Below, piece after piece: positions 52,743 through 62,264 of a stretch of 64,000 bases of DNA. Where the stretch lies: assembly GCA_942490825.1 (NCBI GenBank), contig CALNYG010000003.1, forward strand, positions 4,105 through 68,104, read 5' to 3'. The first letter of the stretch is position 1. Every line of letters starts with the position of its first letter. The translations under genes were made by a program, and so were the position numbers. The DNA comes from Candidatus Moraniibacteriota bacterium. GTDB lineage: Bacteria; Patescibacteriota; Minisyncoccia; Moranbacterales; GCA-2747515. The notes beneath the pieces were generated by a model. The model made no database searches, had not been told where the DNA came from, and saw nothing but the letters and a program-made list of their open reading frames with translations.

Positions 52743-53498
52743 CTATTTTTGGTAAATCTCTACTTTATCAAATTTAGAATAACAATCAGGAGCTCCACCA
52801 CCAGTTTCTAATGCATAAGTTTCAACATGTAAAATTATCTGATTTTCAATAGAAGAATCTAAAACATTATTAGTTAATTCTTTTGAATAAAATTCATCTT
52901 CTCGAGCACTATTATAAACAATCTTATTTTCTTCTAAACAACCCAGTAAATAACCGTATTCTTTATTGTAAAATTCATCAAAACCAAATTTCTTTTTAAA
53001 ATCATTTATTTTTCCATAATCAGTTACAAAAAATGGAACTTCTTTTTGTGTTACGCCGCCCCGATTTTTTCTATTTTCAATCTTAGCATAACCTTTAATA
53101 TAAAAATCACCTTCATAACCATAATTTACTTTTTTAAAACTTCCCTCTGGTAAAACAATCTTCTCCATTTTATTATTATTTTCAGTAGCTATGACAGTAT
53201 CATTCTTTGAACTGCTATTTTGGGAGCCTTCTTGAATAGAGTTTTTTACATTTTCATCATTCCTTACTCCTTCCTTAATCACAACATCCCTAACCTTAGC
53301 CTGATCATTCATTTCCTCAAACTTATTCATCTGATCTTGCAAATCATTAGTCCTTTGTTCTAAAAGTTCATTATTATGCCAAAACCAAGCAACTAATCCC
53401 ACCAAAGCTATAATAACTAAAACCATTATTATACTTATAAACTTATGCATTGCAGAACTCAAAAAAGTTCCCACTTTGCTCGGAGTATTTTCTTCCAT
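52743..53498 (-). CDS. Membrane-anchored protein, MEENTPSKV-family paralog 3
   Basis: Conserved N-terminus as above, with a unique C-terminal domain. Lies directly upstream of the genuine lgt. Confidence 0.6.
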   Translation of the reverse strand: MEENTPSKVGTFLSSAMHKFISIIMVLVIIALVGLVAWFWHNNELLEQRTNDLQDQMNKFEEMNDQAKVRDVVIKEGVRNDENVKNSIQEGSQNSSSKNDTVIATENNNKMEKIVLPEGSFKKVNYGYEGDFYIKGYAKIENRKNRGGVTQKEVPFFVTDYGKINDFKKKFGFDEFYNKEYGYLLGCLEENKIVYNSAREDEFYSKELTNNVLDSSIENQIILHVETYALETGGGAPDCYSKFDKVEIYQK

Positions 53499-53544
53499 TT
53501 TTTTTATTTTAAATTATTTATGTTTTGTATTATAACAAACTTTC

Positions 53545-54780
53545 CTATTTATATAAAGGAAATTTTGCACACAAAGCTTTAACTTCCTTATGAATTTTTT
53601 TCAATTCCTTTTCATTATCATGATTTTCAATTGCATCATTTATCCATTTTGCAATTTGTTTAACTTCTTTTTCTTTCATTTTTCGTGTCGTCAAAGCTGG
53701 TGTACCAATTCTAATTCCACTCGGATCAAATGGACTTCTTGGATCATCAGGGATAACATTTTTATTGATAGTAATTCCAATTTTATCTAAAGCCACTTCC
53801 GCCTCTTTTCCAGTAACGCCTTTACTACCAAAAACATCAACTAAAACCATATGATTATCTGTCCCTTTAAACATTAAATCAAATCCATAAAATTTTAATT
53901 CTTTTTCTAAAACTTTAGCGTTTGCGATAACTTGCTTTGCGTAAGTTTGAAAACTTGGCTTCAAAGCTTCCCCAAAAGCCACCGCTCGAGCTGCAATATT
54001 ATTCATGTGCGGACCACCTTGAAATCCAGGAAAAGTCGCTTTATCAATTGCTTTGGCAAGTTCTTTTTTACACATAATCATTCCACCCCGAGGACCTCGA
54101 AGGGTTTTATGTGTCGTGGTTGTTACAATATCAAAATAAGGCACTGGATTTGAAATTGCCTTTCCTGCAATTAAGCCTGCAATGTGGGCAATATCAATCA
54201 TCAAAATTGCATTCACTTTATTTGCGATTTGTCGAAATCTTCTATAATTTAAATTTCTAGTATAAGCTGAAAAACCTGCTAAAATCATTTGGGGCTTTTC
54301 TTTGATCGCCATTTTTTCTAAAGCGTCGTAATCGATTTTTCCGTTTTTACCTGTTTTGTAGCCTATAAAATTATAAATTTGTGCAGAAAGTGTAACCGGA
54401 TGTCCATGGGTTAAATGTCCTCCATGTGATAAATCCATTCCTAAAATTTTATCGCCTGGCTTTAAAACTGCACTGTAGGCAATCATATTTGCAGGAGCTC
54501 CAGAATGTGGCTGTACGTTTACATGTTGTGCTTTGAAAAGTTTTTTCGCTCGCTCGATTGCTAAATTTTCAACAACATCGGTAAAATCTTGCCCGCCATA
54601 ATATCTTTTTCCAGGGTAACCTTCGGAATATTTATTTGTGAAAACTGTTCCTAATGTTTCTAAAACTGCTTTTGATACATAATTTTCTGAAGCAATCATT
54701 TCTAGTCCTTCTTCTTGCCTCTTTTCTTCATTTTTGATTGCTTTATAAATTTTTGAGTCTGTCTTTTTTAGATTTTTCAT
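53545..54780 (-). CDS. glyA: Serine hydroxymethyltransferase
   Basis: LIASENYVS, the HGGHLTHG loop and the TTTTHKTLRGPRGG PLP-Lys motif. Confidence 0.9.
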   Translation of the reverse strand: MKNLKKTDSKIYKAIKNEEKRQEEGLEMIASENYVSKAVLETLGTVFTNKYSEGYPGKRYYGGQDFTDVVENLAIERAKKLFKAQHVNVQPHSGAPANMIAYSAVLKPGDKILGMDLSHGGHLTHGHPVTLSAQIYNFIGYKTGKNGKIDYDALEKMAIKEKPQMILAGFSAYTRNLNYRRFRQIANKVNAILMIDIAHIAGLIAGKAISNPVPYFDIVTTTTHKTLRGPRGGMIMCKKELAKAIDKATFPGFQGGPHMNNIAARAVAFGEALKPSFQTYAKQVIANAKVLEKELKFYGFDLMFKGTDNHMVLVDVFGSKGVTGKEAEVALDKIGITINKNVIPDDPRSPFDPSGIRIGTPALTTRKMKEKEVKQIAKWINDAIENHDNEKELKKIHKEVKALCAKFPLYK

Positions 54781-54804
54781 AGGTTTTTATTTAAAAATAA
54801 AAAA

Positions 54805-55818
54805 TTATTTTAACTTTTTAAGTAATTCTAAACTTAGTTCACTTGCTGGAAAAACACCATCTATATTTTGTAAAAAATTTTTAGAATTATAAACTTCATC
54901 AGCAACAAATAAATAAACATCATGTTTTCTTATAGAGTTAGCTATATTTTCCCTTAAATCAGTTCCTAAGGTAATTTCAATCATTACATCTATTTTTGAC
55001 ATCTGAGCTGTTTTAATAAATTGCTTATATCTTTCCCGCAATGTTCTTTTTGCTCCTATTCCAAAAGTTCTACCTTTCAATTCAAAGAAAAAATCAAATT
55101 CAGTTGAGTCATCATTTTTATCATGTATTTTTTCAATTTTATCATTAGAAATTCCCATAGTTATTAAAATATTCTTTATTCTATCCTCATAACTTGAGCC
55201 TGCTGAACTTGTAATTGATTGATTTACACTTTCAGAAAAAAGCAGCATAAAAATTTGATTTGCCTCGACGCCTTTTTTTGAAAGCTTATTATAATTAATA
55301 ATTAAATTTTTAATAAAAATCTGTGAACTTTCTGCTATAAAATTAGTTTGATTTTTTTCTAATTTTTCAAAAAACAATAATGAAAGTAAAGCTCCACTAA
55401 CTCTTCTACTATACGCAACTTGAATAGACTTTTTATCATAGGTTAGAGATAGTTGATTTAATCCTTCTAACTCCTGAGCCTTTACCGCTTGTTTAATTTT
55501 TGCTTCACTCAATAACAAATCTCTAAACATGTTTAATTTTAAAGAAAATATAAATATATCTATTGTTTCTTCATTGATATCATCAATTACATCTGTAATT
55601 AAATAAATATCTTTTCTTTTGATTTTTTCCTCAATATAAGAAATAAAAAGTTCTTTTAAAATTTTAGCCTTAACATTTTTATTTGAAAAATATATAGATA
55701 AAATATCCCCCGTTTGATTATCTGTCAACTTAGCTTGCGTTATTTTTTTAAGAAAATTATAAAAAACTAAATTTATATCAAAAACATTTTCTTTTATTTG
55801 TAGTTTATTTATTTTCAT
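54805..55818 (-). CDS. Probable type II restriction endonuclease (partner of adjacent C5-MTase)
   Basis: Lies 13 nt downstream of the MTase on the same strand. The C-terminal EFDFFFELKGRTFGIGAKRTLRERYKQ resembles a D...ExK nuclease core plus the AK(T/R)TxK(E/D)R(W/Y)xQ block seen in several type II enzymes. Confidence 0.5.
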   Translation of the reverse strand: MKINKLQIKENVFDINLVFYNFLKKITQAKLTDNQTGDILSIYFSNKNVKAKILKELFISYIEEKIKRKDIYLITDVIDDINEETIDIFIFSLKLNMFRDLLLSEAKIKQAVKAQELEGLNQLSLTYDKKSIQVAYSRRVSGALLSLLFFEKLEKNQTNFIAESSQIFIKNLIINYNKLSKKGVEANQIFMLLFSESVNQSITSSAGSSYEDRIKNILITMGISNDKIEKIHDKNDDSTEFDFFFELKGRTFGIGAKRTLRERYKQFIKTAQMSKIDVMIEITLGTDLRENIANSIRKHDVYLFVADEVYNSKNFLQNIDGVFPASELSLELLKKLK

Positions 55819-55831
55819 ATAATATTAATAA

Positions 55832-56803
55832 TTATTTTTTTAATTCTTTAATTTTAGGAATAATTTTTTTTGCTAAAGCTCGAATAACAGGAACCGCCAC
55901 ACTGTTGCCACATTGTCTGTATGCTTGTGTATCACTAACTGGAAAAAGATAATCTTCAGGATAACCCTGTAATCTCAAACCCTCTCGAGGTGTAATCTTT
56001 CTCGGATTTTTTCCTTTTTGTTCAATTAAAATTTCTGAACCATCTTTATAATATCTTGCACTCATTGTGCTTGTATACTCCGAATCTCCATTAAATATAG
56101 AATAACCGAAGCCATTACCTTTTTCTTTGTGCTCTTTTTTTCTTCTTTGATGTCCTTGCCATAGTCTATCCGACAAAGTATACTTATTATCTACTTTTTT
56201 TTCTAAAATGTCACCAAGTCTTGTTTTAATTCCACTTTCTTTTGGATATTCAAAATCAATATCTTTATCTAAAAAACCAATTATATAAATACGCTCTCTA
56301 TTTTGAGGAACGCCAAAATTTCTAGCATTAATAACTTTAGAAAAAATTTTATATCCTAGTTTTTCTAAATTATCCTTTACAACTTCAAAAGTATTTCCTT
56401 TATTATGACTTTTAAATCCTTTAACATTTTCTAAAAAAATTACCTTTGGCTTATGTTTTTTTATTATTCTAGCTATATCAAAAAATAATGTCCCTCTCGT
56501 ATCGCTAAATCCTTTCTTTAATCCTGCATTAGAAAAAGGTTGACAAGGAAATCCTGCTAAAAGTAAATCAAAACTAGGTATTTCTTCTTCGCTAATTTTC
56601 GTTATATCACCTTTTGGTAATTCATTAAAATTTTCTGAATACGTTTGTTGTGCAAATTTATCAAATTCAGAAGTAAAAACACATTCCCCTCCTAATTCTT
56701 CAAAAGGTATTCTTATGCCACCCAAACCCGCAAATAAATCTATAAAAGTAAAATCTTTTTTATCACTTTGCCAACTTTTATTTTTTGGAAACAATGAATT
56801 CAT
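55832..56803 (-). CDS. DNA (cytosine-5)-methyltransferase
   Basis: FIDLFAGLGG (motif I), GFPCQPFS (motif IV), ENV (motif VI), QNRERIY (VIII) and CGNSVAVPV (X). Confidence 0.9.
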   Translation of the reverse strand: MNSLFPKNKSWQSDKKDFTFIDLFAGLGGIRIPFEELGGECVFTSEFDKFAQQTYSENFNELPKGDITKISEEEIPSFDLLLAGFPCQPFSNAGLKKGFSDTRGTLFFDIARIIKKHKPKVIFLENVKGFKSHNKGNTFEVVKDNLEKLGYKIFSKVINARNFGVPQNRERIYIIGFLDKDIDFEYPKESGIKTRLGDILEKKVDNKYTLSDRLWQGHQRRKKEHKEKGNGFGYSIFNGDSEYTSTMSARYYKDGSEILIEQKGKNPRKITPREGLRLQGYPEDYLFPVSDTQAYRQCGNSVAVPVIRALAKKIIPKIKELKK

Positions 56804-56848
56804 TTTTTTAACTTTATATTTTTAGTTTAATTATTCTACCTTAAAATT

Positions 56849-57304
56849 TTATTTAACAAGTTCTATCCCATTCTTCGTAATAACTATTCTACGCATCCTA
56901 TATAAATTACCGATCGCTTGCTTAAACACTTTTTTACTCACTTGAAACTCTCTTTTTATATCTTCAGGAGCACTTTTATCGTTAAAACCAGACTTTCCAT
57001 CAGATGCCCTAAGATGCTCAAGAATTTTGTCAGAAGTTGAAAAAACAGATTTACCCCTGTTTGGCTGTAAAGAAATATCTACTTTTCCATCATCTCTAAT
57101 TTGTTTTATATAACCTTTTAATTGTTGACCTTCCTCATAATCATCATAAATCTGATTTTTAAAAATCAACCCTGTATACTCATCATTTATTGCTACATTC
57201 ATCCCTAAATCAGTAAATTCATATATCACTAAATCAACTTCCTGTCCTTTTTCAAATACATCTGACTCTACTATTTCTTTTAAATACTTGTAATTATCTA
57301 TCAT
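56849..57304 (-). CDS. Short CvfB/YitL-like S1-domain plus winged-helix RNA-binding protein
   Basis: GLIFKNQIYDDYEEGQQLKGYIKQIRDDGKVDISLQP (S1-like) and the C-terminal KKVFKQAIGNLYRMRRI. At 151 aa it is about half the usual length. Confidence 0.45.
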   Translation of the reverse strand: MIDNYKYLKEIVESDVFEKGQEVDLVIYEFTDLGMNVAINDEYTGLIFKNQIYDDYEEGQQLKGYIKQIRDDGKVDISLQPNRGKSVFSTSDKILEHLRASDGKSGFNDKSAPEDIKREFQVSKKVFKQAIGNLYRMRRIVITKNGIELVK

Positions 57305-57349
57305 TTTTTTACTTTAAATTGAAATTATATAATTATAGATTAGACTTTT

Positions 57350-57712
57350 TTATTTTAAATATTCAACTGAGTCGGAACAAACAATTAAAAGATTTCCACC
57401 TGCAACAAATTCAAAATTTATAAGTAACATTTTTAATTCAGACTGTATATCATTTGTTATAAATTCTTTATTATAGTTTTCTATTTCGGTTACTTCTACT
57501 GCACCTAATATGTTTAATCTGTCGATTTTGAATTCAGAAATTTCATAAACTGAATTAAAAAGTAACCCTCTAATATCTTTTGAAATAGACTTGTTCCAAA
57601 CTTCATCAAAATCAATTTCTAATTCCATGGAACCATTCCCATTTAATTTTAATGAAATTAAAGATGAGTCATGGAGTTCAATTTCTTTTAATATATCTTT
57701 AAAATGTTTCAT
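57350..57712 (-). CDS. Hypothetical protein
   Basis: 120-aa ORF with no reliable motif. Confidence 0.4.
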   Translation of the reverse strand: MKHFKDILKEIELHDSSLISLKLNGNGSMELEIDFDEVWNKSISKDIRGLLFNSVYEISEFKIDRLNILGAVEVTEIENYNKEFITNDIQSELKMLLINFEFVAGGNLLIVCSDSVEYLK

Positions 57713-57791
57713 ACCTATATCTTAATATTAGTGCTGATTGAATTAATTCAATCCAGTTAATATCGCTTCAAAATTACGCCTAGATTAATAA

Positions 57792-58799
57792 TTAAATTCC
57801 CTTAAAAAGTGGCAAACCATTATTCCCAACCGGAACATAAATAGTTCCTGCTCTATCTTTCAGCTCTTTAATGTAAAGATATTCCAAATAGTTTGGTGTT
57901 AGAGATTCATTGATAATTTTCTGAGAATCACGCTGTCCTGCCGCTTCAACCCTTTTTCTATCAGCCTCTTTTTCCTCTTTTTGCAAAATAAATTCATAAC
58001 GTTGCGATTCCTGTTCAGCCTGCAATTTTTCCTGAATACTCGCTGACAATTTAGCTGGCAAAGTAATATTCCTCAAAAGTGCATCCTCCACAATAATCCC
58101 TCGTGGCTCGATAGTTGCAATAAGACGATCCTTGATTGCCAAAGCAACCTCGTCCCTCTTTTCACTATAAATTTCTTTTGCACTATATTTAGCCACAACC
58201 TCACGAATAGTACTTCGAATTTCTGGACGAATAATTTTCTCTTGATAATTTACACCTAATTCTCGATAAACATCTGACGCTTTGTCTTCCTGCAATCGAT
58301 AGAAAACTGTAATATCCAAATCTATCGGCAAACCTTCATTAGTCAAAGCAGAGATTTGATCTGCACCAACTTTTTGACCTTCACCCTGAGTGATGCTCAT
58401 TGTATATTCTGCAGTCTGAATCTTCATCTTTTCAATAGAAACCAAAGGATTTACAATATGCAAACCTGATGAAAGCTCTTTATCTTGTACTTTTCCAAAA
58501 ATTGATTGTACTCCTGTAACTCCGGTTGGGATTACTACAAAAATATTCAGAGCTACAAAAAACAGAATTATTGCTCCGATCACAAAAGAGATTGTTTTTA
58601 CTGGCGACTTACTTGCTGTGGGCATAGTTTTACTATTAGATTTATTAAAATTAAAAATTGTCGAAATTAAATTTTCAAAAAATTTTGAAATTGGATTTGA
58701 ATTAGCATTGATAACGTTACCACTTCTCGATTTTTTGAAAAATTTTTGTACATTTGGAATAACCCAAAGAACAATTATGATCAAAATTATAATTTCCAT
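57792..58799 (-). CDS. SPFH/band-7 (prohibitin/HflC-like) membrane protein
   Basis: N-terminal TM(s), then an SPFH core (GLHIVNPLVSIEKM...DLDITVFYRL...IIRPEIRSTIREV) and a C-terminal coiled coil. Confidence 0.75.
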   Translation of the reverse strand: MEIIILIIIVLWVIPNVQKFFKKSRSGNVINANSNPISKFFENLISTIFNFNKSNSKTMPTASKSPVKTISFVIGAIILFFVALNIFVVIPTGVTGVQSIFGKVQDKELSSGLHIVNPLVSIEKMKIQTAEYTMSITQGEGQKVGADQISALTNEGLPIDLDITVFYRLQEDKASDVYRELGVNYQEKIIRPEIRSTIREVVAKYSAKEIYSEKRDEVALAIKDRLIATIEPRGIIVEDALLRNITLPAKLSASIQEKLQAEQESQRYEFILQKEEKEADRKRVEAAGQRDSQKIINESLTPNYLEYLYIKELKDRAGTIYVPVGNNGLPLFKGI

Positions 58800-58901
58800 T
58801 ATTTTATTATATTTAAAATATTTACAACTTTTTAAAGTATACCACTGATAAATTTAAAAATCTACTTGACTTCAATTGCTTTTATGGCTTTTCAAAGAAA
58901 T

Positions 58902-58946
58902 AAAAGTGCCTGTCTGCCGATAGGCAGGCTCGCCGCACGGGCTTTT
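58902..58946 (-). repeat. R1 box, long form
   Basis: The rc reads AAAAGCCCGTGCGGCGAGCCTGCCTATCGGCAGACAGGCACTTTT. Confidence 0.85.
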
Positions 58947-58983
58947 CACCATTTAAAATTTTTTGAAATTCTAAACAGTTGCC

Positions 58984-59050
58984 TGTCATTCTGAACGAAG
59001 TTAATTTTTTATAAAAAATTAACGCAGTGAAGAATCCCCCACAGAAAATT
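58984..59050. repeat. R2 half element (left-arm type)
   Basis: TGTCATTCTGAACGAAG-TTAATTTTTTATAAAAAATTAA-CGCAGTGAAGAATCCCCCACAGAAAAT. Confidence 0.75.
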
Positions 59051-59083
59051 AGATAGCTTTAAAATTATATTATTATTCACTTT

Positions 59084-59205
59084 TGCAGGAGCCAGTTTTA
59101 TAACTGGTTCCATAACGTTTTTGCAAAGTTTAAACATTATCTTTAATTTTTTTCACAAAATCTTTCCAAAAACGTCTTGGGTCGGGTTGTAAAACCCAAC
59201 CCTAT
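59084..59205. repeat. R3 element
   Basis: TGCAGGAGCCAGTTTTATAACTGGTTCCATAACGTTTTT ... AAAAACGTCTTGGGTCGGGTTGTAAAACCCAACCCTA. Confidence 0.75.
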
Positions 59206-59276
59206 TTCTCTAAAAAACCGTTGACTATTCACTAAATTTCAAGCATAATGAAAAGGTAAATCATAAAGTAAAAAGT

Positions 59277-59792
59277 ATGATGTATTCTACTTTAAATGAA
59301 GCAAAAAATGATTTAAAATTGGTTCCTTCTGAAGATCCAGTTTTAAGAAAAGAAGCTGAATTTATAAAAAATCCGCTTGATTTAGAAGTGCAAAAACTAA
59401 TTCCGAAAATGTTCGAAAGTATGGAGGAAGAAAAAGGCGTTGGATTAGCGGCCCCTCAAGTTGGTATTTCTTTGCGTTTAGCCACCATTAAAATTAAAGA
59501 CAAAAAATTAACTTTAATTAATCCTGAAATTGTTAGTCATTCAAAAAAAATGTCTATTTATCCTGAAGGTTGTTTAAGTTTGCCAGGAAAAGAATTTCCG
59601 ATTGTTCGTTATAATACAGTCACAGTTAAATTTATAAATGAGCTCGGAAGAAAAATGAAAATTAAAAAGAGTGGTTTACTAGCGATTGCTTTTCAACATG
59701 AGATTGATCATTTGGATGGTATTTTGATGTCTGATCGTTTTGAAGAACAAAAGCGTTTGAGAGAAAACTTGAGTGTTAATAGTAAAGCTTAA
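59277..59792 (+). CDS. def: Peptide deformylase
   Basis: GVGLAAPQVG, EGCLS and QHEIDHL motifs. Confidence 0.9.
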   Translation: MMYSTLNEAKNDLKLVPSEDPVLRKEAEFIKNPLDLEVQKLIPKMFESMEEEKGVGLAAPQVGISLRLATIKIKDKKLTLINPEIVSHSKKMSIYPEGCLSLPGKEFPIVRYNTVTVKFINELGRKMKIKKSGLLAIAFQHEIDHLDGILMSDRFEEQKRLRENLSVNSKA

Positions 59793-59851
59793 AAATAAAA
59801 AAGCGGAAGAGATTTTATAATCTCAATTCCGCTTAAAGGCATTATTCTTTA

Positions 59852-60013
59852 TTATTTCTTATAAAGAATTACTTCTGCACTTTCTTTCTTTGAAGGACGT
59901 TCTTTATTTTTAACATCTCTGTGACAAATACGGCAACTCATCAAAAAAGATGGAGTCGGAGGCTTGCATTTTTTGCCATCATGAGGACATTTAGCATTAG
60001 ATTCAACGGTCAT
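59852..60013 (-). CDS. Unlisted 53-aa Cys-containing basic protein
   Basis: AGAGGGAGAG SD 3-4 nt before ATG (rc of 60011-60013). Translation MTVESNAKCPHDGKKCKPPTPSFLMSCRICHRDVKNKERPSKKESAEVILYKK. Shares a bidirectional hairpin (59802-59833) with def. Confidence 0.4.
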   Translation of the reverse strand: MTVESNAKCPHDGKKCKPPTPSFLMSCRICHRDVKNKERPSKKESAEVILYKK

Positions 60014-60100
60014 AACTCTCCCTCTTTTTCAAAGTTAATAATTATAATATTTTAAAACATAATTTTAAGTCAAACACATTATTTTAATAAAGTCAAGCCT

Positions 60101-61078
60101 ATGTCTCAATCAAATCTACAAAAAATCAAAACAATCTTTATGGGAACTAGTAAATTAGCCTCCCCTATTTTATCGAAATTAATTGAAGAAAAATATCAAG
60201 TTGTTGCAATTGTAACAAAAGCCGACAAAAAAATTGGAAGTAAATCAAAAAGAAAAACCGCCTTTAATCCAATCAAAGAAATCGCTTCAGAAAATAATAT
60301 CCTTTTACTGCAACCCGAAAAAATAACCGATGAGTTTGTTCAAGAAATAAAAAATTTAAATCCAGATTTAATTGTCGTAACATCCTATGGAAAAATAATT
60401 CCCGAAGAACTTTTAAATATCCCAAAATATAATTGTCTAAACGCTCATGTTTCTCTGTTGCCAAAATTACGTGGTGCCTCCCCTGTTCAGAATGCCGTCT
60501 TAGAAGGATTGTCAGAAACTGGAGTGACTATAATGAAAATGGATGTCGGAATGGATGACGGAGATATTATTGCTCAAGAAAAAATTGAAATTCAAGAAAA
60601 TGAAACTGCTGAAGAATTATCTGCTAGAATTTTTCCATTAGGTGCTGAAAAGTTAATTGAGATTTTGCCAGATTGGATCGAAGGTAAAATTGAAGTTGAA
60701 AAGCAAAGTGAATCTGAGGCGACTTTTTGTAAAATTTTAAAACGAGAAGATGGAAAAGTTGAGTGGAATAAATCCGCTCAAGAAATTTATAATCAATTTC
60801 GTGCGTTTACGCCATGGCCTGGTATTTTTACTTTTTGGAATAAAGCTGAAAATAAGCAAGTCAGAATTAAATTAAATACTATTGAAATTTATAAAGAAGA
60901 AGTTTTTTCTAAAAATTTAAAATCAGGTGAGGCTTTCAAGGAAAATAAAAAAGTTTTAGTTAATACTGAAAATGGTGTAATTGAAATTATTGAATTGCAA
61001 AGTGAAGGTAAAAAAGTTATGCGAGCTATAGATTTTATAAATGGTAATGGTGATTTTGTTGGAAGTGTTTTAAGATGA
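60101..61078 (+). CDS. fmt: Methionyl-tRNA formyltransferase
   Basis: FMGT start, NAHVSLLPKLRGASPVQ motif, and the def-fmt neighbourhood. Confidence 0.9.
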   Translation: MSQSNLQKIKTIFMGTSKLASPILSKLIEEKYQVVAIVTKADKKIGSKSKRKTAFNPIKEIASENNILLLQPEKITDEFVQEIKNLNPDLIVVTSYGKIIPEELLNIPKYNCLNAHVSLLPKLRGASPVQNAVLEGLSETGVTIMKMDVGMDDGDIIAQEKIEIQENETAEELSARIFPLGAEKLIEILPDWIEGKIEVEKQSESEATFCKILKREDGKVEWNKSAQEIYNQFRAFTPWPGIFTFWNKAENKQVRIKLNTIEIYKEEVFSKNLKSGEAFKENKKVLVNTENGVIEIIELQSEGKKVMRAIDFINGNGDFVGSVLR

Positions 61079-61101
61079 TTTTTTATTTCATCTCCTATAT
61101 A

Positions 61102-61236
61102 TGTCATTTCCGCGTAGGCGGAAATCCAGGTACATAAAACTTTAAGTCAGCTTATACACAAAAGTTCATCTACAAATTTTAAGTTTAATTCTCCTGGATT
61201 CCTTTCCCCTTCGCTACGCTACGGACGGGAATGACA
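61102..61236. repeat. R2 element, variant c (inverted relative to 29841 copy)
   Basis: TGTCATTTCCGCGTAGGCGGAAATCCAGG ... CCTGGATTCCTTTCCCCTTCGCTACGCTACGGACGGGAATGACA. Confidence 0.8.
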
Positions 61237-61252
61237 TACAAACTTTAATTTT

Positions 61253-61279
61253 AAAAAGCCCGTGCGGCGAGCACAAAAA
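61253..61279 (+). repeat. R1 box, short form
   Basis: AAAAAGCCCGTGCGGCGAGCACAAAAA. Confidence 0.85.
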
Positions 61280-61302
61280 GTATTTTAAATTTTTTGCAAA
61301 AT

Positions 61303-61334
61303 AAAAAACCACTGATTTTACTCAGTGGTTTTTT
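61303..61334. terminator. Hairpin terminator downstream of ndk (bidirectional shape)
   Basis: AAAAAACCACTGA-TTTTA-CTCAGTGGTTTTTT. Confidence 0.7.
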
Positions 61335-61356
61335 AAATTGTAGATCTTAAATAAAA

Positions 61357-61968
61357 CTATTCCAAAATCCCGTCTAAATTTACATCGTAAAGAATTTGTT
61401 CTTGAACTAGACGATAATTAATAACATCATCTTCATTCATCCAAAGTTTAATTTCACGTTCAGCCTCCTCAGGAATATCAGAACAATGAAGTAAATTACG
61501 CACAGCTCGCTCATCAGCTCCAGCTAAATCATAACTATCAACAACAAAATCACCCCGAATAGTTCCAACATCAGAAGTTGCAGGTTCAGTCCCACCAACT
61601 AATTTTTTAACAATCGCTACAGCAGAATTTCCTTCAATAACTAATGCCATAACAGGACCAGAAGTTACATAATCAACATTTTGTTGAATTATATCCTTCC
61701 CGTATTCTGGAATTTCTTTTTCAATTGGCAATCCTGCTTTTTTACGAGCATCAACAACATTTTGTCCTTTTTCTGCAAACCAAACATCATCTTTTGCATA
61801 ATGATCCCATACTCTTTGCTCATCTGCCACAAAAAATTTAATTGCCGTAATTTTTAATCCTATTCGTTCAAATCTTGAAATAATTTCACCCATCAATGAT
61901 CTTTGTACTGCATCAGGCTTAAGCATCACAAAACAACGCTCTTTTTTTAAATTTTTTTCTTCTGCCAT
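61357..61968 (-). CDS. ndk: Nucleoside diphosphate kinase, long form with insertion
   Basis: ERCFVMLKPDAVQRSLMGEIISRFE, SGPVMALVIEG, GTIRGDF and the NLLHCSD catalytic His region. 203 aa. Confidence 0.8.
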   Translation of the reverse strand: MAEEKNLKKERCFVMLKPDAVQRSLMGEIISRFERIGLKITAIKFFVADEQRVWDHYAKDDVWFAEKGQNVVDARKKAGLPIEKEIPEYGKDIIQQNVDYVTSGPVMALVIEGNSAVAIVKKLVGGTEPATSDVGTIRGDFVVDSYDLAGADERAVRNLLHCSDIPEEAEREIKLWMNEDDVINYRLVQEQILYDVNLDGILE

Positions 61969-62044
61969 ATAATTTTATTTATAAATTAATTACTAAAACA
62001 TTAAAATAATTGTAACACAATAATAAAAACTTTCAAATTTTTCT

Positions 62045-62090
62045 GTGCCTGTCTGCCGATTAGGTAGGCTCGCCGCACGGGCTATGATAT
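62045..62090 (-). repeat. R1 box, long form (variant hairpin)
   Basis: The rc reads ATATCATAGCCCGTGCGGCGAGCCTACCTAATCGGCAGACAGGCAC. Confidence 0.8.
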
Positions 62091-62129
62091 ATAATTTTAA
62101 ATTTCCTGTCATTCTGAGTAGATTTATCT

Positions 62130-62250
62130 TGCAGGAGCCAGTTTTGCAATTGGCTTCATAACGTTTTTCTTAAAAAAATATTTACCACTTAATTTTTCCC
62201 ATAAACTAAAAGATAAACATATGGAACTGGTTGTAAAACCAGTTCCTGCA
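62130..62250. repeat. R3 element (121 bp), preceded by an R2 left-end fragment at 62107-62118
   Basis: TGCAGGAGCCAGTTTTGCAATTGGCTTCATAACGTTTTT ... ATATGGAACTGGTTGTAAAACCAGTTCCTGCA. Confidence 0.8.
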
Positions 62251-62264
62251 AAATATCCTACATT

